Positions 1 to 9,011 of a stretch of DNA of 64,000 nt are shown here, piece after piece (positions within the stretch are counted from its first letter, which is position 1; the number at the start of each line of letters is the position of its first letter). The position numbers and the translations under genes are program-made. The notes under the pieces are model-generated. The model was given only the letters and a program-made list of their open reading frames with translations, had not been told where the DNA came from and ran no database searches. The stretch lies in the IMG/VR virus record IMGVR_UViG_3300032931_001151, positions 150,201 to 214,200 of that record; one strand, 5' to 3'.

Positions 1-396
1 ACCTTTAACCATACTATACATGTCTAAATTCTCGTAAGTAAAAGCATTAGGACTATTATATGCTATATTTCTTTTAACTTTAGACATTTGATTAGTTTGT
101 GGGTCTATTTTTTGGTCCCAATATACCTTTTCAAATCTTCTAAGAAACGATACCCCTATAGATGGTTGTTTATCCATGTAGAACATTCTAAGGTTTGGGC
201 CATATATAAGATTATTAGTAGCATCATATCCAGCAAATACTATTAATGGATTAATAATCTCATCATCTCTATTTGCCCCAGTGTATCCAAAATATAATAT
301 ATCACCCCTCTCCAAGCCTTCAGCCGAGAAGTTCCCAAATGCCATCTTTTTTATATACGGCTGTAATTTAGCATTTTTCGGTCTATCCCCAAACAT
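1..396 (-). CDS. Partial ORF (runs off the window start), possible T4 gp2-like DNA end protector
   Basis: Manual translation MFGDRPKNAKLQPYIKKMAFGNFSAEGLERGDILYFGYTGANRDDEIINPLIVFAGYD...GPNLRMF, open to position 1; GGAGGA SD at 401-406; TATAAATA at 414-421 (-); divergent from gp4. The G-D-x-x-Y-F-x-Y...P-L-I...G-x-N-L pattern resembles gp2. Confidence 0.45.
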   Translation of the reverse strand, partial: MFGDRPKNAKLQPYIKKMAFGNFSAEGLERGDILYFGYTGANRDDEIINPLIVFAGYDATNNLIYGPNLRMFYMDKQPSIGVSFLRRFEKVYWDQKIDPQTNQMSKVKRNIAYNSPNAFTYENLDMYSMVKG

Positions 397-444
397 AGAA
401 TCCTCCAAATATCTATTTATAATAAATAACATTTAGGAGAAATT

Positions 445-933
445 ATGAAAAAACCACACACCCATTTAAATGATAGAAAAGAAGGCTTTAAGCAAGATTA
501 TTTCATTCCAAAAAATAAAGAAAAATACATAGGAACTTGGCCAATTACTTATCTTAGTTCGTGGGAACATAAATTCATGCGCTTTCTAGATATTAATGAA
601 AATATACTTCAATGGGGAAGTGAAAGTATACAAATTAGATATATGTACTTTGACCCTATTAAAAAGACTCAAAGCGAGCACACCTACTTTCCAGACTTTA
701 TTATAAGAATAAAGAAGTCCGAAACCGTCACGAGAACTCAAGTAATAGAAATAAAACCATTTAGAGAGACTAAAGCTCCTAAATTAGCCAAGAATAGAAA
801 TACCAAGACAATGTTATACGAAGTGAAAACATATGCCAAGAATCAAGCAAAATGGGCCGCCGCTAAAGAATATTGTAGAGTTAGGGGTTGGGACTTTGTA
901 GTGATAACGGAAAAGGATTTACCGAATTGTTAG
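445..933 (+). CDS. Head completion nuclease, T4 gp4-like (TnsA-type PD-(D/E)xK)
   Basis: KYIG..PITYLSSWE..FMRFLD.N..ILQWGSE..I.Y; YFPDF; IEIKP..ET; NQAKW.AA..YC...GW.F...TE motifs. Confidence 0.9.
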   Translation: MKKPHTHLNDRKEGFKQDYFIPKNKEKYIGTWPITYLSSWEHKFMRFLDINENILQWGSESIQIRYMYFDPIKKTQSEHTYFPDFIIRIKKSETVTRTQVIEIKPFRETKAPKLAKNRNTKTMLYEVKTYAKNQAKWAAAKEYCRVRGWDFVVITEKDLPNC

Positions 934-1795
934 GATTTAATTTTTTGAGTATCTTTTCAATCTTTCCAATCTTATAAAACATATCTCTCATTTTATGTTT
1001 AACTATATAATCATAAAATCCTTTTGACGAGGCTGGATGAGCGTCATCAACAACTTTTTCTAATATATCAATAAGTTGGGCCGGGGTTTTAGTTAAATCT
1101 ATTAATTTTTTATTTCTATTATAATTTTTAACTAACTCGGTTGGTCCACCTTCTGGAGTTGTTTCTTTTAGTAATTCGTCTAATTTCCCAGACTCTATTA
1201 ATTCGGCGCTTCGTACTTTACCCAAACCTACACGAATCGAAGGTATATTATCCGAATTCTTATCACCCATTACAATCTTTCTCTCAAGATGAAATATAGG
1301 ATTGTCGAACTCAATGTATGTTTTCTTTAATGGGCAATATATTTTTGTATTTGGATATCTCAACAATTGAACGAAATCCGAGTCAGATGAAATAATTAAC
1401 TTTTCATCATTGATATTCTTTCTAACTAAATATGAAATAATATCATCTGCCTCAAGCCAATCTACTTGAAGGACATAAAAAGGAAAACTAGATTTAAATC
1501 CCATTTTAACTTCTTCAACTATTTCTTGGAATTGGTTCCAATCAATATCAGTTTTTTCTTTTGCGGCGGCTCTATGTGCCTTGTAAGGCTCATAGAACTT
1601 CTTACGCCAATTTCTTGGAGCATCACAACAAATAAAAACTTTATTAGGTTCAAATTTTTCAACATTATATAAAACGCTTGTTATAATTGCGTGACGTAAA
1701 ATACCGTAACCATTAGACTTTAGATCCGGTCCTAATTGGTGAACATTTCTATAACAAATATTAGATAAGTCTATATATAGATGTTTTTCTGGCAT
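881..1795 (-). CDS. rnh: T4-like RNase H / 5'-3' exonuclease
   Basis: IDLSN; D...NWRKKFY..YKAHR; EADDII; SSDSDF.QL; GDKNSDNIP motifs. Confidence 0.9.
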   Translation of the reverse strand: MPEKHLYIDLSNICYRNVHQLGPDLKSNGYGILRHAIITSVLYNVEKFEPNKVFICCDAPRNWRKKFYEPYKAHRAAAKEKTDIDWNQFQEIVEEVKMGFKSSFPFYVLQVDWLEADDIISYLVRKNINDEKLIISSDSDFVQLLRYPNTKIYCPLKKTYIEFDNPIFHLERKIVMGDKNSDNIPSIRVGLGKVRSAELIESGKLDELLKETTPEGGPTELVKNYNRNKKLIDLTKTPAQLIDILEKVVDDAHPASSKGFYDYIVKHKMRDMFYKIGKIEKILKKLNPNNSVNPFPLSLQSPNP

Positions 1796-1834
1796 TGGAA
1801 TTCCTTTTCAATAGGATATATCCAAAAACAAAAA

Positions 1835-1865
1835 AATAAAGGGAGCCAATTAGGCTCCCTTTATT
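1835..1865. terminator. Bidirectional intrinsic terminator
   Basis: AATAAAGGGAGCC-aatta-GGCTCCCTTTATT perfect inverted repeat. Confidence 0.85.
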
Positions 1866-1889
1866 TAGAACAACTAACTTATCTTTAGA

Positions 1890-2462
1890 TTACTTACCTT
1901 TATTGAGGCCCTTATTTGGTTCGTTTAGAGGTCCGTTTACTATTTTTTCGTTACCGGCAAGGCCGAGTATATTACGAACTTTGCTACGGAAATCGGCATA
2001 AGGTTCTGCGCCTTCTTTCGTTTCGCCGGTTTCAACTTTGGTTCCTTTTGCTGCTCCACCCTTTGAGGCTTCTTCAGCGCCTTCACCACGTTTAACGCCA
2101 CCATCTTCACCAGCCGCTTTCTTTGAGCCAATATCAGCTTTCTTTGCTTCGGGTTGGGCATCTTTGACGCCTTCGCCACGAGCAACGGGTTTTACTCCGT
2201 CGCCGGTAGCAGACTTGTCGCCATGCTCGGTTTCATTTTTTACTTCTACTTGTTCGCCCGTTTTTGCTTTTGTTCCAGTTGAGCCGGCTACATCAGCGCC
2301 GCCTGCGGCACCAACTTCACGGCTTACTTCGGTTGGCTTTTTATCGCCATATCCTTTTATGGGTTTAATGCCTTGACCGGCGGGGAGAGTATTGTAAGCT
2401 TCACCTTCGGTTAGATTTTTATAGGCTTTTCTGATTTCGCTGAGAGTTACATCTTCTTGCAT
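1890..2462 (-). CDS. Late, low-complexity G/A/K/E-rich protein (putative virion internal protein)
   Basis: ORF with AAGGAG SD; TATAAATA at 2501-2508 (-); LSE/LTE motifs near the N-terminus. Confidence 0.6.
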   Translation of the reverse strand: MQEDVTLSEIRKAYKNLTEGEAYNTLPAGQGIKPIKGYGDKKPTEVSREVGAAGGADVAGSTGTKAKTGEQVEVKNETEHGDKSATGDGVKPVARGEGVKDAQPEAKKADIGSKKAAGEDGGVKRGEGAEEASKGGAAKGTKVETGETKEGAEPYADFRSKVRNILGLAGNEKIVNGPLNEPNKGLNKGK

Positions 2463-2517
2463 TTTATTTCTCCTTAAAGAAGTATTGTTGTTCTAAATAT
2501 TATTTATATGAGATCGG

Positions 2518-3552
2518 TCAAATTTCATTTGACTCTTTTATGGCTCGTAGAAATAATCTTAAATTTGTTTGATAATTTGAATTTTCTTCCATTTTTATAT
2601 ACTCTTTTATTCCAGCCGATTCAACCCCTTGCTCTCTTGGAACTGGATTATCTATGTCCATTTTTGCTTTAGAAGGAGTAAACTCGGATATGTTAGATCC
2701 TTCAACACCTTGCTCTCTTGGAACTGGATTATCCACGTCCATTTTTACTTTAGAAGGGGCGAATTCTTTTATTCCAGACCCTTCAACACCTTGCTCTCTA
2801 GCCACTTCCGTTGGAGCCTTAGAATTTCCATCTTTATACCAAATAAAATCTTTCTTCTCACCTTTTCTATATAAGTTTTTGCCTTCCGGCTTTATTTGTG
2901 CTATTACCGCAACTTCTTCAGCCTTAATAGACGGATTTGTTAAAGGTTGAGTTGACGGTTCATTAGGAGCTGCGCCCAAAGTTTTTCCATCGTTATTAGA
3001 CCCTACACTATGGACAACATCTGGAGATTTTTCTGAAGTACCATTAGTATACGGTTGCTCTGTTTTTTGAGCTTCATCTAAACTATATGTTTTTGATGGT
3101 GTTGGAATTATATTAGAATCTATATGTTTTGTTGAAGTAGATAAAATATCTTTGTTTTCATGCATAAATTTTTGTACCGATTTTATAGTAGATTTTAATA
3201 TACCCTCAGATAATGAATCAACCCAATTTTTTAATTTAGTTTGAATATCTATAAAAATTGCCTCACTTGAGTCTTCCGATTTAAACTCTCTTAGACTTAA
3301 CTCGCTATTTGAATTATCTAACATAGTTGCATTATACACTATTTTATCTTTATTTTGTTCAATTTGCTCTTTAAGCCCATCCACATATGATTTTAAGTCC
3401 TGATCGGAGTCTTTATTTGTCCAAGAATCTAGTCTTTTGTTTATTATTTGTATAGCTTCATCATAAGATTCCACTTCTTTCTCAAATAGAAGACTTTCAT
3501 CTACTTGAGGTGATGTAACTTGACTAAATGATTCCGGATCGGTAAGTGCCAT
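2518..3552 (-). CDS. Late hypothetical protein with 27-aa tandem repeats
   Basis: AGGAG SD; TATAAATA at 3572-3579 (-); REQGVE repeat x3. Confidence 0.65.
   Translation of the reverse strand: MALTDPESFSQVTSPQVDESLLFEKEVESYDEAIQIINKRLDSWTNKDSDQDLKSYVDGLKEQIEQNKDKIVYNATMLDNSNSELSLREFKSEDSSEAIFIDIQTKLKNWVDSLSEGILKSTIKSVQKFMHENKDILSTSTKHIDSNIIPTPSKTYSLDEAQKTEQPYTNGTSEKSPDVVHSVGSNNDGKTLGAAPNEPSTQPLTNPSIKAEEVAVIAQIKPEGKNLYRKGEKKDFIWYKDGNSKAPTEVAREQGVEGSGIKEFAPSKVKMDVDNPVPREQGVEGSNISEFTPSKAKMDIDNPVPREQGVESAGIKEYIKMEENSNYQTNLRLFLRAIKESNEI
2598..2815 (-). repeat. 81-nt (27-aa) coding tandem repeat, about 2.7 copies
   Basis: TCAACxCCTTGCTCTCT at 2621, 2702 and 2783 (period 81). Confidence 0.85.
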
Positions 3553-3560
3553 AAAAACTC

Positions 3561-4052
3561 CTATTTTACATTATTTATAGTAATCGTTCCATAATGACCG
3601 ATACAAATTGAATCGGCTTTTCCGTCGTGTGGAACTTTACATCTTGCCGATTTTAATAAGTTCATAGTCGGGTATGTATCTTTTACGAAATCTATTGCTC
3701 CACTTTTCTCGTCGTGTATGTATTTTTCACCCAATACATTCTTTTTCCATTTTTGTGGAGATATTTCCTTATATTCTATCCCAAGACACTCACATACCCC
3801 CTTAACCACTCCAACTCCTTCTCCGAAATTCCAAATGGACGTTCTTCCCTGGCCGGCAAATGCATGAACATGTTCCAAGTATACTAATTCAACTTTATTG
3901 GTTTTTAGATAATTAGATAGTTCTTTACCGTTTATTTTATTTTTTCCGTTTTCCTTTTCTTCTATTGGCATAATGATACAATCAATAAGATTTGTATCAT
4001 TAAAGATAGAAATTCCACCACTAAAACCAGGATCAATCCCGCATATAATCAT
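3561..4052 (-). CDS. RuvC-like Holliday junction resolvase
   Basis: ICGIDPGFSGGI; YLEHV; FGEGVG; ISPQKWKK; DGKADSICI catalytic motifs. Confidence 0.85.
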   Translation of the reverse strand: MIICGIDPGFSGGISIFNDTNLIDCIIMPIEEKENGKNKINGKELSNYLKTNKVELVYLEHVHAFAGQGRTSIWNFGEGVGVVKGVCECLGIEYKEISPQKWKKNVLGEKYIHDEKSGAIDFVKDTYPTMNLLKSARCKVPHDGKADSICIGHYGTITINNVK

Positions 4053-4067
4053 TTGTTCCCCTAAAAG

Positions 4068-4099
4068 AATAAACCTTCCCGATTAAAGGAAGGTTTATT
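4068..4099. terminator. Intrinsic terminator
   Basis: AATAAACCTTCC-cgattaaa-GGAAGGTTTATT. Confidence 0.8.
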
Positions 4100-4118
4100 G
4101 TAGTACATTATAGTAAAC

Positions 4119-5075
4119 TTATAGTCCTATATTGGTTCCAATATTAGTTAAACCAATTCCACCTTTGCTCCCGCTTCTATCACCCTCTTCTGCACTCTTT
4201 TTTGCAGTTTCTTCTAATTCTTTTTTCATCATTTCTTCATATGCATTGGATAAGTTACCCATTAATTCGCCACTATTCTCATTATACTCACCTTCGCCAA
4301 CATATCCATATGATTCATCAATAGCGGGATTTCCACGACTCGTGCAAGCATCTTCGTAAACTGAATGAATCTCTTCCATTGAATTTCCGCACATTTCGCC
4401 CAATGATTGTAGTGCGGCACCACGATCTCCATTTTCATGTAGACCATTTGATTTTATGTGATTATATAATTCGTTCTTTTCCATTATACGTGATTCTTGT
4501 TTTGGCATCATTTCGGGTTCCAATTCGGCAGGCCCCCCACAACCTTGGGCAGATTCTACTGAATTCATTTCCATAGTCTCATATATTTTTCTCAAGTCGC
4601 TAACACTATCTTCAAATCTTTCACGGTGTATTTCAACTCCCTCGATATGCTCAACAATCATTTCCGTTGGATTTACTATCATTTTTCTTAGACCACAACG
4701 AAGTCCAAATTTAGCAGAATCTTCGTTTAATTTAATTGATTCAATAATCCACTCACGATTCTTTATATTATTAATACAAACCGTATCACCAACTTTAAAT
4801 TCATTATACGATTCTGCTATTGAGTCGCCGTTTCCAGTCATTGAGCCTCCAAATTTTTTCCCGGTAGATCCTTTTACGCTATGTTTTCCTTTTGCTTTCT
4901 CGTCATCTTCGTCGTCTTCGTCATCTTCATTTCGCAAATTATTACCTTTTAATATTTCCGAATCTTTTACCATATCGTCCTTATCACCTTTTAGTAAAGG
5001 ATCTTGAGTAAAAGGGATAGGACCCTTTTTTACTCCGGCTACTAAATATTCACCTTCTTTAAGTTCTGTTTCCAT
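4119..5075 (-). CDS. Acidic hypothetical protein (late operon)
   Basis: Long ORF with SD, directly downstream of 5086..6933. Confidence 0.65.
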   Translation of the reverse strand: METELKEGEYLVAGVKKGPIPFTQDPLLKGDKDDMVKDSEILKGNNLRNEDDEDDEDDEKAKGKHSVKGSTGKKFGGSMTGNGDSIAESYNEFKVGDTVCINNIKNREWIIESIKLNEDSAKFGLRCGLRKMIVNPTEMIVEHIEGVEIHRERFEDSVSDLRKIYETMEMNSVESAQGCGGPAELEPEMMPKQESRIMEKNELYNHIKSNGLHENGDRGAALQSLGEMCGNSMEEIHSVYEDACTSRGNPAIDESYGYVGEGEYNENSGELMGNLSNAYEEMMKKELEETAKKSAEEGDRSGSKGGIGLTNIGTNIGL

Positions 5076-5085
5076 ATATTATCCT

Positions 5086-6933
5086 TTAGGGCTGTACATT
5101 TGAATTGGGTAGGGTGTCTTCTATTGGGGAAATTTCAACATTCGGATTAGGTGCATCTTCGTATGCTATTCCGAATCCCTTTCCGCCGATTCTTTCTTCT
5201 GGGTCAAATGATTTATTTTTTTGTTCGGCGGGAGTTCCGCCTTTTGGCAATTGTATGGCACCGGATTTGTTAAAATTCTTTAAACTACTCGGAGTTCTTT
5301 TTGGGGGAGCAAGAGTTGCTTCCGGATCAAAATTTTCTATACCTTTTTGTTTTGCTTTAAATTTAGTAGGATCAAACATTCTATCTACTTGCAAAAGAGG
5401 AGCAGATTCGCCAATGCTCTTTTCTATCTTTTCCCATTCTTTTCTTAAATTGTCAGTACCACGTTCATAATGGTCTTCCATTTCGTCAAATCCTTGCCTA
5501 TCTGATAATTCTATATTTTCCATATTAGTTTCGGCGGTTTCGCCGTTATCAGACTCAAGCAATACCGTATCGCCTTGTATCTCCATTATAACCCAATGTT
5601 CGTTCTCAAATATTACATCTTGTCCTTGTTTATAATTTCCTAGTGGAATATCTTCAATTTCTCCAGGTTCTTCTTTTTCATCTTCAAATCCTGGATCTCC
5701 GAAATATGCACCTGGGGAATGTTGCGTGAAATTATTATTTGTGTTAAATGCCAACTCAGATTCTTCCGATGGTGGAATTGATGTTTCTGGAGTAAGTAAC
5801 TCGGGATCTATTCTGTCAATATTAGACTCGGTAACGGTTGGATTTTCCATATCTCTAGTGTCTACTTGAGAGTCGCCCATTTCTTTAGTAGACGTGCTTA
5901 TTGATTGATCTTTTTGGACATTTACTTCATCATGGGTAACTAATTCTGCATCTTCTTTCATGTTAATTCCACATTCTTGTAACATATTGCACGCCTCGTC
6001 GCATACGGTTTGCATGTCTTGCTTCATAGAAGTGATATCGCCATGTCCAATATTAGCATTAAGTTGTTCAGAGATAGTATCTACCGCTCTTCTAATATCG
6101 GGAGCACTATAATGTGCATTTACTTCATTTTGTAAATAATCATTAAGATTAGATTGTATATCATTTATAGCAGACTTTAATTTTTCAAGTATTTGAGCCT
6201 CTTGCTCTTCATGATCATGTCCTTCATCGGACCCATATTGTCTTTCTTGTTCTTCCGCATTATTAAGTAGATTTAAGGCATTTTTAAGACCTTCTACGTT
6301 ATTTTTGAGGGTAGCAAGGGCTAAATGCTCTATTTTTTCGGCGGCAGGAGCATTTTGATCAACCATGCCCATTGGATCCATCGCTTGAGAGCCATCTTCG
6401 GCATCAAACGTTTCGCTTGGGGTTTTTATTTCTATATCACTACCGACTCCAATTTCATCCTCATCATCATCATTTCCCACCATCATATTATTTTCTTGCT
6501 CTTCTTCTTCTTCTTCGGGATAATCAAAATCGGCATCATTTGGATTCTGTATATTATGGAATTCTATTAATTTTTCTATGCCTTCCATAATTGCAGAAAA
6601 GTCATACTCTTCTCTTAACCCGGCTTTATAATCCATATATAATTCGGTGGCAATGCTACTTAATCTTTCAATAAAGTCTTTAGTATATTCTGGACCGTCA
6701 TTAATATAGCCCTCTTTTATTTCACCAATAGCCGATGAAATAATAGCATCATTAAGATTTGATCTCATTCTCTTGATTATAGTTTCACAAAATAATCTAT
6801 AGTTTGGGGATGTATATGCTTCGTTGGTTACTTCTGAGAATTCGGAGCCGCAATCGTTACAAACATATTCTTCACTCAACATAGTTGGTGTGAATTCATT
6901 TGTATTTCCGCAGCAAGGACATTTTTTATCCAT
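5086..6933 (-). CDS. Acidic late protein with N-terminal Zn-ribbon (CPCC...CNDC)
   Basis: AGGGGAG SD; TATAAATA at 6975-6982 (-); many L/I/V-x-E sites. Confidence 0.65.
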   Translation of the reverse strand: MDKKCPCCGNTNEFTPTMLSEEYVCNDCGSEFSEVTNEAYTSPNYRLFCETIIKRMRSNLNDAIISSAIGEIKEGYINDGPEYTKDFIERLSSIATELYMDYKAGLREEYDFSAIMEGIEKLIEFHNIQNPNDADFDYPEEEEEEQENNMMVGNDDDEDEIGVGSDIEIKTPSETFDAEDGSQAMDPMGMVDQNAPAAEKIEHLALATLKNNVEGLKNALNLLNNAEEQERQYGSDEGHDHEEQEAQILEKLKSAINDIQSNLNDYLQNEVNAHYSAPDIRRAVDTISEQLNANIGHGDITSMKQDMQTVCDEACNMLQECGINMKEDAELVTHDEVNVQKDQSISTSTKEMGDSQVDTRDMENPTVTESNIDRIDPELLTPETSIPPSEESELAFNTNNNFTQHSPGAYFGDPGFEDEKEEPGEIEDIPLGNYKQGQDVIFENEHWVIMEIQGDTVLLESDNGETAETNMENIELSDRQGFDEMEDHYERGTDNLRKEWEKIEKSIGESAPLLQVDRMFDPTKFKAKQKGIENFDPEATLAPPKRTPSSLKNFNKSGAIQLPKGGTPAEQKNKSFDPEERIGGKGFGIAYEDAPNPNVEISPIEDTLPNSNVQP

Positions 6934-6988
6934 TTTTTAAACTCCCTTTAATGAAGCGTAATAATCTATATTCTTATTTATAATGCTT

Positions 6989-8107
6989 TTAAAATCCTTC
7001 TTCGGTGCCACTAGCCCCTTCGGGTGGAGTTTCGGACGCCGTAGATGATTCGCCACCCGAAGCAGATTCCGCACCACTAGTATCTTCCGGATTGGTTGGT
7101 TCTGCACTAGCACCGGATTCGGCTGACGCACTTCCGCCCGCACCACCACTAGTTGAACTACTAATAACCGGTTTCAATCCTATTTCTTCGCTAACTTCTT
7201 TTTGTGCTTCTTGTTGTCTATCCGAAACCCTATTTTGATATAACTCTCTCAAGTACATCTTTTTTAATAATTCCATAATAAAAATATAGTTTATATCTTT
7301 TTCGTCTTCTTCTTCGTCGCCAAATACCGACAAATCCGGAAATAGTGCTCTAAATGCTAGTAGATATTTCTCTCCCATAACTTTGAAATGTATCGTTCTA
7401 ACTAGATCTAAAATGTTTGCCAATTTATACTTATAACAAAAACTTTTTAATTCGTCCGGGTTTGGTCTTTCAAAATCCATAAGACAAATAGCTTTGATTA
7501 TTTGCCCCGACATTTTAGCATTACCTAAGAACTCAACGGGGGTGGTTTCTTTTGGCCTCCATGTAATAAATCCAATATTTAAATCTTGGTCAGAGAATTT
7601 TTTAGTTATTTCGTCTGTAGCATTATTATTCTCGGGAAAATCGTCAACGCTTAAAACTATTAATATATTTGCTCTTTGAAATGATTTTTTCAAATTATTA
7701 ATAGAATCTTTAAAATTTTCTTCTTTATCCGTATAATTTTGCTTTTCGTCGGTGGCTAATATTAAGTCTTTAAAGTCCAAAGGGAACATTCGTAACCCGA
7801 AAATCTTCGCAGTAATGAATTCTTTTTCGTCGTTAGTTAAATTGTATTTAAACTTATCTAATATAGCAGATTGGGAAGTTTTTTCTTCGTTACATATTAG
7901 ACCAAACTCTACTTTAGGTGAAAACTTATCTTTATGTTGTCCAGTTTGAACTACCTCTTTTATAAATTTCTTAATCTTCTCATGTTCATCCCTTGTAATA
8001 GGATCATATGTTCCACTAAATAATACAACATCCCATTGATCATTAGTTTTGGGTGTGTTGTTATTTATTCCACTCGCATTTCCAAAAAAAGTTTTAAATG
8101 TTGACAT
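6989..8107 (-). CDS. Cytidylyltransferase-fold (HUP) protein with degenerate HIGH motif
   Basis: VVLFSGTYDPITRDEH resembles GTFDPITxGH. Confidence 0.45.
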   Translation of the reverse strand: MSTFKTFFGNASGINNNTPKTNDQWDVVLFSGTYDPITRDEHEKIKKFIKEVVQTGQHKDKFSPKVEFGLICNEEKTSQSAILDKFKYNLTNDEKEFITAKIFGLRMFPLDFKDLILATDEKQNYTDKEENFKDSINNLKKSFQRANILIVLSVDDFPENNNATDEITKKFSDQDLNIGFITWRPKETTPVEFLGNAKMSGQIIKAICLMDFERPNPDELKSFCYKYKLANILDLVRTIHFKVMGEKYLLAFRALFPDLSVFGDEEEDEKDINYIFIMELLKKMYLRELYQNRVSDRQQEAQKEVSEEIGLKPVISSSTSGGAGGSASAESGASAEPTNPEDTSGAESASGGESSTASETPPEGASGTEEGF

Positions 8108-8119
8108 TATTACCCCGTA

Positions 8120-8476
8120 TTATTTTATATTGCTCAACAAAGTATTTATAAGTTCACGGTCTTTTCTTTTTAAAAATGGGGTCTTTACTAGTTCCCCGCC
8201 AACAACTATAAACTTTTGTCTTGTTAGTAATATATCATTATTTTCCCCTAGACCATAGAAATTCAAAAATTTACTAATTAATATAGCATTGTACACGTCA
8301 TCTTTTGAATTCTTTATAGAATAAATTAATATATCTATAAGCGGAGTTAAATCTTTATCAATATTTTTGAATAATTCCAATAACTCGGTTATCTTACTTT
8401 TAGTTAGAGAATACTCCTTTGCTTCTATATCATCTAACTTTAATTTCAGTTTCTCTTTTATTGAAGATTCTTCCAT
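8120..8476 (-). CDS. Hypothetical protein
   Basis: ORF with SD, in series with its neighbours. Confidence 0.6.
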   Translation of the reverse strand: MEESSIKEKLKLKLDDIEAKEYSLTKSKITELLELFKNIDKDLTPLIDILIYSIKNSKDDVYNAILISKFLNFYGLGENNDILLTRQKFIVVGGELVKTPFLKRKDRELINTLLSNIK

Positions 8477-8540
8477 AATATTTCCTCATAATTTGGTATA
8501 ATAGGTAAGTTAATTATACCATATACAAGGAATATATTTT

Positions 8541-9011
8541 ATGGCCGAAAATGATAAGACAAATGAAGAAAAAAAGGCAATATTGGACGAACTTGATAAT
8601 AGATACAATGAAAAATATCAAGAAATAAAAAAAGAAATTGACGAAATGTTTAAAATCAATCAATTTGAATTGGCCGAAGAAAGTGTAAAACATGTATCAA
8701 AAATGCACTTCTATAATAGTAGACTTTCAGAAGAGAAAATGATGTTATTTAAGATTAAAAGAAAGATGGATGAAATTCATGGAGAATTATTTGAGAAATA
8801 TAGATTTAATAATAGTTTTAAAATAACTACTAAGGGTGAAGTAGAGGAATGGATAAATAGAGACATAAAATGGCAGAATATTAATACAAGATATGAAAAT
8901 CAAAAAATAATGGTAGATCATTATCAACGAGTAGTTGAAGCTATTAAGGATAAAGGGTATATGATTAAAAACTTAATTGACTTAAAAAAGATTGAACTAG
9001 GTCTTCGATGA
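8541..9011 (+). CDS. uvsY: UvsY recombination mediator
   Basis: Helical ~150 aa protein; Y....F..........I..D....; AIKDKGYMIKNLIDLKK; directly upstream of uvsW. Confidence 0.75.
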   Translation: MAENDKTNEEKKAILDELDNRYNEKYQEIKKEIDEMFKINQFELAEESVKHVSKMHFYNSRLSEEKMMLFKIKRKMDEIHGELFEKYRFNNSFKITTKGEVEEWINRDIKWQNINTRYENQKIMVDHYQRVVEAIKDKGYMIKNLIDLKKIELGLR

